Below, in pieces: positions 42,207 to 51,159 of a stretch of 64,000 nucleotides of DNA; position 1 is the first letter of the stretch, and each line of letters opens with the position of its first letter. Under the pieces are notes generated by a model, which was not told the DNA's origin, made no database searches, and saw only the letters and a list, made by a program, of their open reading frames with translations. The DNA is from Nannocystales bacterium (lineage in GTDB: Bacteria; Myxococcota_A; Polyangia; Nannocystales; Nannocystaceae). The position numbers and the translations under genes were made by a program. Where the stretch lies: positions 87,254 to 151,253 of the forward strand of contig JBOEGF010000036.1 of NCBI GenBank assembly GCA_050633305.1, read 5' to 3'.

Positions 42207-43259
42207 GTGCAGTGCTCTCCCTCGATCGGCCGGACCCGTTCTAAAGAACAGGTCCGTTCACACCTCGCAGCGATTCACCGTTTAGTTGGCCGGACGCCGC
42301 TACTCGATCTCGCGTGTGGTGTGCGAGGACGGAGGGTCCACGTGTTCGCCAAGAACGAGATCGCCAACTTCACGGGCAGCATCAAAGACCGGATGGCCTT
42401 ACACATTCTCGAGGATGCGCATGCCCGTGGCACGATCCAGCCCGGCGACACGATCTCGGAAGCGACCAGCGGCAACACCGGCATCTCGTTTGCCGCGATC
42501 GGGCGCGCGCTTGGACACCCGGTTCGAATCTTCATGCCGGACTGGATGAGCCGCGAGCGAGTGCTCGTGAGCGAGGCTCTCGGAGCCGAGGTTATTCCCG
42601 TGTCGTCGGAGGACGGTGGGTTCGTCGGGAGTATCGCCAAAGCCGACGACTTCGGCGCGAAGGTCGATCGTGTTTTCTTGCCGCATCAGTTTGGGAACTC
42701 GCAGAATATCGACGCGCACTACCGAACGACGGGTCCCGAGCTGCTGGATCAGCTCGCGCGTGTGGCTCTCGAGCCGTCGGCGTTCGTGGCGGGCGTGGGC
42801 ACCGGCGGAACCGTGATGGGGGTCGCTCGACTGCTACGCGAGCGGGTTCCTGGAATCACGATCCACCCGGTCGAGCCGGCAAACTCCCCGACGCTGCGTG
42901 AAGGCCGTCGCGTCGGAAAGCACCGCATCCAGGGCATCAGTGACGAGTTCGTTCCGTCGATCGTACAACTTTCGGAACTCGACGAGATTGTCGACGTCTG
43001 GGATGGCGATGCCATCTTGATGGCACAGAAACTTGCGCGGACGGCCGGGCTCGCGGTCGGGATCAGTGCAGGAGCCAACATCGTGGCTGCGTTGCGAACC
43101 GCGGTCGCGACCGGCCCCGATTCTGTCGTCGCCACCGTCATACCGGACAGCAACAAGAAGTATCTATCGACCGACCTGTGTCGACAGGAGCCTGCACGCG
43201 ACGACTACTTGACGCCGCACGTGGAGATTCTCGGTTGGCGCGTCGTCGCCGGAGGGTGA
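42207..43259 (+). CDS. PLP-dependent cysteine synthase family protein
   Basis: TGSIKDR, ATSGNTG, GVGTGGT, HRIQGI, GISAGA; start uncertain. Confidence 0.9.
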   Translation: MQCSPSIGRTRSKEQVRSHLAAIHRLVGRTPLLDLACGVRGRRVHVFAKNEIANFTGSIKDRMALHILEDAHARGTIQPGDTISEATSGNTGISFAAIGRALGHPVRIFMPDWMSRERVLVSEALGAEVIPVSSEDGGFVGSIAKADDFGAKVDRVFLPHQFGNSQNIDAHYRTTGPELLDQLARVALEPSAFVAGVGTGGTVMGVARLLRERVPGITIHPVEPANSPTLREGRRVGKHRIQGISDEFVPSIVQLSELDEIVDVWDGDAILMAQKLARTAGLAVGISAGANIVAALRTAVATGPDSVVATVIPDSNKKYLSTDLCRQEPARDDYLTPHVEILGWRVVAGG

Positions 43260-43268
43260 GGACGCGGG

Positions 43269-43979
43269 ATGCCGGGAATCGTCTCCATCGTCTTCATCTC
43301 TTGGGCGGCCGGGCTGGCTGCGGTGCTCGGGGCGGTCCTCGCTCGACTTGACCGCGGACGCGACACCGACGCCAAGGACCAACTCATTCACGGTGTCGTC
43401 GCATTCGGCGGGGGGATTCTCCTCGCCGCCGTGTCGTTCGCGCTCGTTCCCGAGGGGTTCGCCGCGCTGGAGCCCGCGCCGCTGGTCGTGGCGTTTTGTG
43501 TCGGCGGGCTGAGCTTCGGATGGTTGGACTCGGTGCTGGACCGCCGTGGTGGCGGTCCGGCGCAACTGGTCGCGATGGTGATGGACTTCGTGCCCGAGGC
43601 GTTGTCGCTGTGTGCCGTGTTCGCCCAGAGCCGGAGCCTCGGGATCTTGCTCGCCTCCTTCATCGGCGCCCAGAACCTGCCGGAAGGATTCAACGCGTAC
43701 CGAGAACTCGGTGCACTCGGGGTGCGACCACGAGTGGCTTTGATGACGCTTCTGGGCGCGAGCCTGCTGGGCCCTCTCGCCACGATGGCAGGGCACCTGT
43801 TCCTGAGGGACCAACGCGAGATCTCGGCAGGGATCATGGTCTTCGCGGCCGGAGGCATCCTGTACCTCGTGTTCCAGGACATCGCCCCCAAGGCGAAGAT
43901 GAGCCATCGTGCAAGTCCGGCACTTGGGGCCGTGTTGGGCTTTGCCCTCGGGATGCTTGGCAAGAGCTTGCTCGGCTAA
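43269..43979 (+). CDS. ZIP/ZupT family divalent metal transporter
   Basis: AFGGGILL, DFVPE, QNLPEG, FAAGGILY. Confidence 0.82.
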   Translation: MPGIVSIVFISWAAGLAAVLGAVLARLDRGRDTDAKDQLIHGVVAFGGGILLAAVSFALVPEGFAALEPAPLVVAFCVGGLSFGWLDSVLDRRGGGPAQLVAMVMDFVPEALSLCAVFAQSRSLGILLASFIGAQNLPEGFNAYRELGALGVRPRVALMTLLGASLLGPLATMAGHLFLRDQREISAGIMVFAAGGILYLVFQDIAPKAKMSHRASPALGAVLGFALGMLGKSLLG

Positions 43980-44008
43980 GCTGGGGACGGGCAAGCGTCC
44001 GGCTCGAG

Positions 44009-44049
44009 CATCGCCGGGGTGCGGCAGTGCCGACCGCACCTCGACGATG
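44009..44049. terminator. Long GC-rich hairpin between convergent genes
   Basis: CATCGCCGGGGTGCGG-N9-CCGCACCTCGACGATG. Confidence 0.35.
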
Positions 44050-44151
44050 GGTCGTCGTGTCCCGGTGGCGACCGGCTGACCCTCGACATCGACGGCAACT
44101 TCCGCGCTTGTCCGGCCGGTTCCCCGGGCACAGGATCACCGTTGTCCGCGA

Positions 44152-44186
44152 CCTTCACCCTTCACCCTTCACCCTTCACCCTTCAC
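44152..44186. repeat. Heptamer tandem repeat (CCTTCAC)x5
   Basis: Five perfect copies overlapping the stop codon of the DUF3347 gene. Confidence 0.9.
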
Positions 44187-45012
44187 CATCGCGATGGCCC
44201 ATGTCGTGGTCGGTGTGGCCCTTCATCTTGGCGCCGTCGTGTTTCATCCCTTTGTGGTCGCCGTGCATGCCTGCCATTCCAGAGACGTGCACCTCGGACC
44301 CACAGTTGAGCATGTCGGACTTCGCACCCTGGTAAGGGTTTTCGGGGCGTTCGTCCGGCTGAACCCAGTGAGGTTTTCCTTCGACCATCGCGCATTCGAA
44401 AACATGGTAGCCGCCAGACTCCGTGGGCGCGGCCGCGAGCGTCGCAATCATCGTGCGACTCGTCTCAGCGAAGGCGACTCGCGCGACGTCCACGCTGGCG
44501 GTCGAGTCCGCGAGCTTGCTCGCACTGCTCGCGAGCTCCGCAAGGGCGGCTTTGCTGTCCGCGTCGGTTCCCGACTGCGCCGCTTTTGCGGCGCTCGCGA
44601 GGTCATTGGCACAGGCTCCGAGGTTGGCGACGCTGTCGGCGGCGAGCTCTTTCCGGCAGAGCTCGTACGCGTCCCGGATTTCTTGAAATGCGGGGGATGG
44701 CGATGCGGTCGTTGCGGAGTTGTCGGACGGCGCGGCGCTGGCCGCCGCTGCACCAGGAGCCTTCGAGGCCGGGTCGGCTGCAGTGGCTGCGGCAGAGCTG
44801 CTCTCCTCGTTGTCGCAGCCCAATGACCAGGCGAGTGATGTGGAGAGTGCCGCGACAAGCAGTCGCCGACGGTGGCGGCCGAGGAGCGCGAGGGGAGGGG
44901 TACCGTTGGTGGACGATGCTGTACTCACGCCGGCACCATAGTCCCGACCGACGCTTGTGCTGGCGCATCCTCTGCCGCGAGAGACCACATGCCGTGGCCG
45001 ACGAGGCCACAC
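44176..45012 (-). CDS. Stand-alone DUF3347 lipoprotein with Met/His-rich tail
   Basis: SLGC lipobox; FECAM...WVQ...NPY.G..MLNCG; GMHGDHKGMKHD; true start probably downstream of 45012. Confidence 0.75.
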   Translation of the reverse strand: MWPRRPRHVVSRGRGCASTSVGRDYGAGVSTASSTNGTPPLALLGRHRRRLLVAALSTSLAWSLGCDNEESSSAAATAADPASKAPGAAAASAAPSDNSATTASPSPAFQEIRDAYELCRKELAADSVANLGACANDLASAAKAAQSGTDADSKAALAELASSASKLADSTASVDVARVAFAETSRTMIATLAAAPTESGGYHVFECAMVEGKPHWVQPDERPENPYQGAKSDMLNCGSEVHVSGMAGMHGDHKGMKHDGAKMKGHTDHDMGHRDGEG

Positions 45013-45716
45013 GTTCCCCGCGATGTTGGATCACTATGGAATAGTCCCAAAGAGCGGTCGGTTGCCATCGCGGGCCCGTTTCCTCGAAGCCGGACATGGC
45101 ATCGTCTTCGCGGCGGCGCTCGCCGCCCGAGGGGTCGAGTTGATGGCCTCGAACTCGCAGAAGCTCGCAGCGACCGCCGTTTTCGTCGCGGTCACCGGTT
45201 CGGCTCATGCTCGCCGAGGCACGGAGTGCGCGGCGGTACTTTTGCGGACGCGTATTGGGGCCTGATGCGCTGCCATCGTCAGCGACCCGCGGCTGTCGTT
45301 CCTCAAGGCGTCGCCGGGCCTGGAGGAGCAGGGCGGGGCAGGAGGTCGAGGCGAAAGCCTTCTTTGGGCTGCCGTACACGCATTCGGCCGATCTGGCGCT
45401 CGCCGGAGTACCCATGCTGGCCGTCCAACAACAGCTCGCCGGTCACAGCCTCAACTGCTTGCGGCGGTTGGGAGTACGACTCGAACTCGCGCGGATTTTC
45501 CGCCGCTAGTCGAGGCGCTCCGAAGCCTCAGATCGCAGGTGTGCGAGGCGGACGAATGCTGGCCGCCGATCGTGCGGGCGCCAGCACTTCGAGACGGCGA
45601 TCGGTCGCCTCAACGGGAGATCCTCCTCCAACTTCGTAACCCATCGTCAGTCCGGCGCGACATCCCTCCGCGGCGTCCCCGAACATTTGGGGCCAACGCC
45701 GCATGTCGGCTGCCCC

Positions 45717-45761
45717 TTGACTTGGAAGCGCCCTTTCTTATATTCAAGCAGGCGCTTGAAT
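45717..45761 (+). promoter_or_regulatory. Sigma70-like promoter with ArsR-type operator
   Basis: TTGACT-N16-TATATT overlapped by perfect IR ATTCAAGC-AGGC-GCTTGAAT (45742-45761), upstream of an operon encoding an ArsR regulator. Confidence 0.65.
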
Positions 45762-46397
45762 GTGCCGCACGTCGAAGAACAATCCCCCACTCTCACTCTC
45801 TTCCAAGCAACCGCGATGCCCGACCGTGACTGGTCGCAAGCGCTGTGGCCCAAACCCGCAGAAGTACTTGAACAGGTCGGTGTGGCTCCTGGAATGCGGG
45901 TCGTCGACCTGTGTTCGGGAGATGGCTACTTCACCGTGCCGATGTCGTCGATTGTAGGCGCCGGTAGCGTCCACGCGGTCGAGCTCGACGAGACAATGCT
46001 CGCCACGGCCAAGGGCGTGGCGCAAAACGCTGGCGCTGGCAACATCACGTTCATCCACGGCGACGCGATGAAGGTCGGAGACCTGATCGACGACGCCGTC
46101 GACCTGGTCATGATCGCCAACACCTTCCACGGTGCGCCGGACCACGCCGGCCTCGCTCGCGCTGTACGGCGCACGCTCGAGCCCGGTGGCACATTCGTCG
46201 TCGTCAACTGGTGGCCGAAGCCTCGCGAGGAGACGATCGTACTCGGAAAGCCTCGCGGGCCCCGCCGGGATCTGCGCTTTTCACCTCAGCAGGTCGCGGC
46301 CTGGGTGGAGCCGGTCGGTTTTCAGCTCATCCGAGTCGAGGAGGTTGGGCCCTACCACTACGGGGCGGTGTTCACAGCCACCGACGCGGCACCTTGA
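45762..46397 (+). CDS. Class I SAM-dependent methyltransferase
   Basis: VVDLCSGDGYF, AVELD, GDA, LEPGG. Confidence 0.85.
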   Translation: MPHVEEQSPTLTLFQATAMPDRDWSQALWPKPAEVLEQVGVAPGMRVVDLCSGDGYFTVPMSSIVGAGSVHAVELDETMLATAKGVAQNAGAGNITFIHGDAMKVGDLIDDAVDLVMIANTFHGAPDHAGLARAVRRTLEPGGTFVVVNWWPKPREETIVLGKPRGPRRDLRFSPQQVAAWVEPVGFQLIRVEEVGPYHYGAVFTATDAAP

Positions 46398-46408
46398 GCG
46401 AGCAGAGC

Positions 46409-47071
46409 ATGTCGAACTCCAAATCCCGCACCTTCAAGAACGCCGCCTACACTCACCTGGCCCAGGTAGGGAAGGCACTCTCGAGTCCAGCGCGCCTAGA
46501 GATCCTCGAACTGCTCGCTCAGGCGCCTCGTACCGTGGAGGTCCTGGCCAGCGAGATCGATCAGTCGGTCGCGAACACCTCGCACCACCTGCAGGCGCTC
46601 AAGCGCGCTCAGCTCGTCGCCAGCGAGCGCGATGGAACTCATATCGCCTACTCAATTGGCAGCAGCGACGTCGCAACGCTCCTCGTCCAGCTTCAGGCCG
46701 TCGCAGCACGGCACATCGCGGGGCTGGAGAAGCTGACCCGCGAGTTCTTCGACGACCCCACCGGACTCGAGGCGATCGACCGCGAAACCCTCGTCGAGCG
46801 CCTGCGCGCGAGCGATGTCGTTCTGCTTGACGTCCGCCCAGAGCTGGAGTTCTCCGAAGGCCACCTCCCCGGCGCAGTCTCCATGCCCCTGCCGGTCCTC
46901 GAGTCGCGGATCTCCGAGCTTCCCAAGGACCGGACCATCGTCGCGTACTGCCGCGGTCCGTTCTGTACCTTCTCCGCCGAAGCGACCCAGCGGCTCCGCG
47001 AGCTCGGCTTCGACGCGCGCCGCACGGACGTCTCGGTTCACAGTCTCGACGCGACTGGAGTTCAGCCATGA
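46409..47071 (+). CDS. ArsR/SmtB regulator fused to a rhodanese domain
   Basis: KALSSPARLEILELL, SHHLQAL; LDVRP..EF..GHLPGA, YCRGPFC. Confidence 0.9.
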   Translation: MSNSKSRTFKNAAYTHLAQVGKALSSPARLEILELLAQAPRTVEVLASEIDQSVANTSHHLQALKRAQLVASERDGTHIAYSIGSSDVATLLVQLQAVAARHIAGLEKLTREFFDDPTGLEAIDRETLVERLRASDVVLLDVRPELEFSEGHLPGAVSMPLPVLESRISELPKDRTIVAYCRGPFCTFSAEATQRLRELGFDARRTDVSVHSLDATGVQP

Positions 47072-48591
47072 GCAAGCCCAACATCCAACTCGGCCTGCGC
47101 GAGAACCTGGCACAGTTCTCGCTGCTCGTCGTGGTCAACGCCTTCGTCGGTGCCATGGTCGGGATGGAGCGCAGCATCCTACCGACCATCGCGGAGGAGG
47201 AGTTCCACCTCGCCGCGCGCACGGCCGTCCTCTCGTTCATCGTCGTCTTCGGCGTCACCAAGGCGCTGACGAACTACTTCGCGGGCCGGTGGTCCGATCG
47301 TTTCGGGCGTAAGCGCGTCCTCGTCGCGGGCTGGCTGGTGGCCGCACCAGTGCCCTTCCTCCTGATGTGGGCGCCGTCCTGGTCGTGGATCCTGGCCGCC
47401 AACGGTCTGCTCGGCGTCAGCCAAGGGCTCACCTGGTCGACAACGGTGATCATGAAGATCGACCTCGCCGGGCCGAAGAACCGCGGGCTGGCCATGGGCC
47501 TCAACGAGTTCGCGGGCTACTTCGCGGTCGGCCTGTCAGCCTTGGCGACGGGCTTCATCGCAGCCGAGGTGGGCCTGCGGCCCGAGCCCTTCTACCTGGG
47601 CGTCGGCTTCGTCGCGCTCGGCGGCCTGCTCTCCGTGTTCGCCGTCCGCGAGACCCGCCACCACGTCGATCACGAGTCGAAGCTCGCCGGCACTGCGCCG
47701 ATGCACACGCTCTCGCCGCGCGAGATCATCACCCGCACGAGCTTCACCGACCCCGACCTCTCATCGGTGAGCCAGGCCGGCATGGTCAACAACCTCAACG
47801 ACGGCATGGCTTGGGGCCTCTTCCCGTTGGTCTTCGCCGCGGCGAACATGTCGCTCGCGGAGATCGGGACGCTTGCGGCCATCTACCCCGCCGTCTGGGG
47901 CCTGGGGCAGCTCGTCACGGGCGCATGGTCCGATCGCGTCGGCCGCAAGGGCCTGATTGTCGCCGGGATGTGGACGCAGGCCGCAAGCATCGTTGTCATC
48001 GCCCTCAGCTCGACGTTCGCGTCCTTCGCGACCGGCGCGGCACTGCTCGGCCTCGGGACCGCGATGGTCTACCCGACGCTGCTCGCCGCCATCGGTGACG
48101 TCGCGCACCCGAGCTGGCGAGCCTCCTCCGTTGGCGTCTACCGACTGTGGCGTGACATGGGCTACGCCGTCGGCGCGCTGCTGGCGGGCATGGTCGCGGA
48201 CGCGTACGGACTGACAGCGGCTACGTTCACGATCGCGGCGCTGACCTTCGCGTCGGGCGTGGTCGTCGCGGCGCGCATGCGTGAAACGCTGCACCGAGGC
48301 AGATCGGCAGAACCCAACGATCCTGCCACGACATGCATCGAGCCTGATGCCCTCGCGGAGATCCCAGCCGCGCTCGTCATCGCCGTCCGCTCGCCCGATG
48401 AATGTGCCGACGCGCACATCGACGGCGCACTCAACATTCCGCTCGACATGCTCGCGGAGCGGGCCACCGAACCCTCCTCAGACGCGGTCGTGGTCACCGC
48501 CTGCGGCAAGGGCGGCGGTCGCTCCGGCGGTGGTCCTACGCCAGCAGCCTCGACAAAGACGACGCGGTGGAATAAGCACTCGACCAGGTAG
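47068..48591 (+). CDS. MFS transporter with degenerate C-terminal rhodanese domain, disrupted near 48535
   Basis: LGLREN, WSDRFGRK, GLNEFAGY, GVYRLWRD; AHIDGALNIP...ACGKGGGRS then junction to IS debris. Confidence 0.85.
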   Translation: MSKPNIQLGLRENLAQFSLLVVVNAFVGAMVGMERSILPTIAEEEFHLAARTAVLSFIVVFGVTKALTNYFAGRWSDRFGRKRVLVAGWLVAAPVPFLLMWAPSWSWILAANGLLGVSQGLTWSTTVIMKIDLAGPKNRGLAMGLNEFAGYFAVGLSALATGFIAAEVGLRPEPFYLGVGFVALGGLLSVFAVRETRHHVDHESKLAGTAPMHTLSPREIITRTSFTDPDLSSVSQAGMVNNLNDGMAWGLFPLVFAAANMSLAEIGTLAAIYPAVWGLGQLVTGAWSDRVGRKGLIVAGMWTQAASIVVIALSSTFASFATGAALLGLGTAMVYPTLLAAIGDVAHPSWRASSVGVYRLWRDMGYAVGALLAGMVADAYGLTAATFTIAALTFASGVVVAARMRETLHRGRSAEPNDPATTCIEPDALAEIPAALVIAVRSPDECADAHIDGALNIPLDMLAERATEPSSDAVVVTACGKGGGRSGGGPTPAASTKTTRWNKHSTR

Positions 48592-48745
48592 TGCGTCGCG
48601 TAGATCTTCCGGTTCAGTTTGACCGTCCGACGCTTTCGACTGCGATTCGGACAGATGATCGGGCGCATCCCAACAGCTCGAACCGCGACTAGGATCTCGT
48701 TCGAGTCGTAACCCGCGTCGGCAAAGAAATACTTGCCGCGCGTAT
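48560..48745 (-). pseudogene. IS5-family transposase internal fragment
   Basis: ADAGYDS...I.P..SRK...Y..HYLVECLF. Confidence 0.7.
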
Positions 48746-48930
48746 TCGAGGAGGTCCCGGGCGACGGTTCTGTTGCGTCTCTGACCAAGTGTACGGCGCC
48801 TTCGACGAGAAGATCTTCCGCAAGTCCGCGCAAAGGGAAGGTATCAAGGTCTTCGACGGGAGCGAACGCGAAGCCGGCCGGTTGCTTCCCGAATAGCCGT
48901 CCAGAGTAGGCTCCGGACGGTGGAAACGAG

Positions 48931-49563
48931 ATGTCGTCAATGTCACGATTTTCGAAAGCCATCCTCCACGCTCTGCCTCTGACGCTCGCAACTTCGTGCG
49001 CGCTCCATGAGATCGCGGAATCCGCTCCAGCCTGCGACACCACCCCGATCCAACACGACGCGGTCACCCGAGGTGCATTGCGTTTTGAGCTTTGGATCGC
49101 GAAAGATCTTTGCGTCACGCGCTACGCCGAGACGACCATGATCAGTCCTGGGGCGTTGTCGGTTCGGATCATCAACACGGGGAAAACCCCGGTTCAGATG
49201 GTGGCCGCCGACCCGGACGCGACGTTTGTAGCCAAGCTCTGGGATGCCGACCAGGTCACATCCATGGTTGAGCTTCACCGCGGCCCAGAACCCGAAGACG
49301 TTGCGACCGTGCTGGTCGACATCGGTTCCGGTCAGACGTGGCAGAGCCCACCGATTCAAAGCTACATGAACATCCTGGCGTCCGACATTCTCGCTGGGAG
49401 CCGCATCGATGGGACAGTCCTGCCGGAGAGCGCGCATCTGGGGCGCAGCTTTGGGATGGAGGTAGCCTTCTCGGCGACGTTCAATGCGGGGGCGGGCTTC
49501 GTGGCGATGAGTGAGACATTTAGGGGCACGATTGAAATGGTGATGGTTGCGGGCGACGTGTAG
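48931..49563 (+). CDS. Hypothetical lipoprotein
   Basis: LATSC lipobox-like signal; 210-aa open frame. Confidence 0.5.
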   Translation: MSSMSRFSKAILHALPLTLATSCALHEIAESAPACDTTPIQHDAVTRGALRFELWIAKDLCVTRYAETTMISPGALSVRIINTGKTPVQMVAADPDATFVAKLWDADQVTSMVELHRGPEPEDVATVLVDIGSGQTWQSPPIQSYMNILASDILAGSRIDGTVLPESAHLGRSFGMEVAFSATFNAGAGFVAMSETFRGTIEMVMVAGDV

Positions 49564-49574
49564 GATATGCAGGG

Positions 49575-49698
49575 TACTCGGACGACGAGTCGCATCGCTT
49601 GGGCCTTGAACTCGGGCTCGAAGTTCTTCGTTTCCGTTGGGCACTATGGAATCCGAGTCTCCCGCAAGTGCGGCGTCCACTAAAACGGGGCAGCTTCA
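49575..49698 (-). mobile_element. IS3-family left end with orfA start remnant
   Basis: TGAAGCTGCCCCGTTTTAGTGGACG IRL followed by NFEPEFKAQAMRLV. Confidence 0.6.
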
Positions 49699-50454
49699 CT
49701 ATGGCCCTCGCCGGGGACGGCGTCGGGCGCGGTGACTCATGGTGTCTCGGTGCCACGGCGCGCCGCGCATGAGGTCCCATCCGGCAGTGCTGTGACAACC
49801 GTCGCAGTCGGAGACGTCTCCACCGTGGCCGAGCATCGCGCTGCACTTCGCCGAGAACATCGGGTTGAAGTGGTTGGGCGGAGGTTTGTGGCACTCGCCG
49901 CAATGTCCCGAGCGGTCGGGAGGGTGGACGTATCCCGGGACGCTCCAGACCGCGGTTGTATGGCAGCTGAGGCAGTCGTCCCCAAAGTAGCCGGCGTGGG
50001 GTTCGGATGCTCCGTGACACGCCACGCAGTCGAGCGACCCGAGCGCCGGGGGCTCGAAGACCGACTCGCCCAGCGCCGCGGGGGCGGCCTCCGCGAGCCG
50101 AAGATGGAGCCACTCGCCGGTCGGGAGGCTTCGTTCGACGTGCTCGGGATGACACGACACGCAGGTCGTCACATCCGCGTGAAAGCGGGTCTCCGGTCGG
50201 TCCATCACAGCAGGGTCCGCGATGTGACAGCTGACGCACCGCACTGCGGTCGCGCCATCTCCGGGTTCATGGCAGGCGCCACAGTCACCCGCGAGATCGG
50301 CGTGGCCTTCGGATAGCGGCCCTGGGCTGGCAAGCCGCGCGTACGTGTGTCCTTTCTTCCAGGCCGCACCCGGCGGTGTACTCAACCACCCAAACGTGGC
50401 CGCCCCGAGCCCGACCAACGTGAAAGCCAAGATGGTCTTGTTGAGTGCCTTCAT
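49699..50454 (-). CDS. Multiheme (7 CxxCH) c-type cytochrome, N-terminally anchored
   Basis: CGACH, CVSCH, CVSCH, CVACH, CLSCH, CGECH, CDGCH; SPGPLS..HA. Confidence 0.88.
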   Translation of the reverse strand: MKALNKTILAFTLVGLGAATFGWLSTPPGAAWKKGHTYARLASPGPLSEGHADLAGDCGACHEPGDGATAVRCVSCHIADPAVMDRPETRFHADVTTCVSCHPEHVERSLPTGEWLHLRLAEAAPAALGESVFEPPALGSLDCVACHGASEPHAGYFGDDCLSCHTTAVWSVPGYVHPPDRSGHCGECHKPPPNHFNPMFSAKCSAMLGHGGDVSDCDGCHSTAGWDLMRGAPWHRDTMSHRARRRPRRGP

Positions 50455-50470
50455 GATCGTCTCCTGTTCG

Positions 50471-51154
50471 TCATCCCGCACCCATGCCGTACCAGCGGGC
50501 CGTGAAGTGCAGCGCGGCCCACACATGCAAGGCGAGCAGCCCGTAGAGCACGAATGAGATCACAATGTGCCACGAGAGCCAGCGCGCGAACCAGAGTTTG
50601 AACCGCTCGTGGGTCTTGACCGCATACTCCACGTCGGCGAGCGCGGCGGCGGATCGGCGCACCAGCTTCTCGCCCTCGGGGCCCTCGGGGCGGCCCGCTG
50701 AGAGCGCTGTGGAGACTTGCTCTTGGAGGGCGTCACGCATCGCTTTCTTGTCGCGGAGTCCCTGCGTGACATGGGAGTTGAGGTAGCGCCCGACAAACCC
50801 ACTGACCGCGACGATCAACACCGCACCCGTCAATGAGACCCCGAGCATGCTGTCGAACTTGTGGCCGCTGTGCACAATCGCCAGAATCGGTCCGACGATC
50901 CCAGCGTAGATATGAATCGTGAGCAGTGTCCCCATACTCAAGCGACGGGTGACACGGCGCTTGAGGGGCCGGATCCTCTTGATCACCAAGTACAGCAGCG
51001 GAACCAGGATGAGCACGCCGCCGATGATTCCGAGGCTTGCGCCCAGCGGGCTCCCGGGGAATCTCGGTGAGCGATGCATCAGGAACCCGAGCCATGTCCC
51101 GATCATCAAGACCGTCATGCCCCCTACGAATGTGGCGTCTTGCTTTTTCGTCAT
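50471..51154 (-). CDS. Multi-TM membrane protein with putative heme b His ligands (ferric-reductase-like)
   Basis: TIHIYAG, IVHSGHKF, SGFVGRYL, WHIVIS, LHVW. Confidence 0.75.
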   Translation of the reverse strand: MTKKQDATFVGGMTVLMIGTWLGFLMHRSPRFPGSPLGASLGIIGGVLILVPLLYLVIKRIRPLKRRVTRRLSMGTLLTIHIYAGIVGPILAIVHSGHKFDSMLGVSLTGAVLIVAVSGFVGRYLNSHVTQGLRDKKAMRDALQEQVSTALSAGRPEGPEGEKLVRRSAAALADVEYAVKTHERFKLWFARWLSWHIVISFVLYGLLALHVWAALHFTARWYGMGAG

Positions 51155-51159
51155 GCCCC

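Noticed and set aside
48162..49118. 318-aa minus-strand ORF as one gene
   Set aside because: A chimera of antisense frames and a short IS5 fragment
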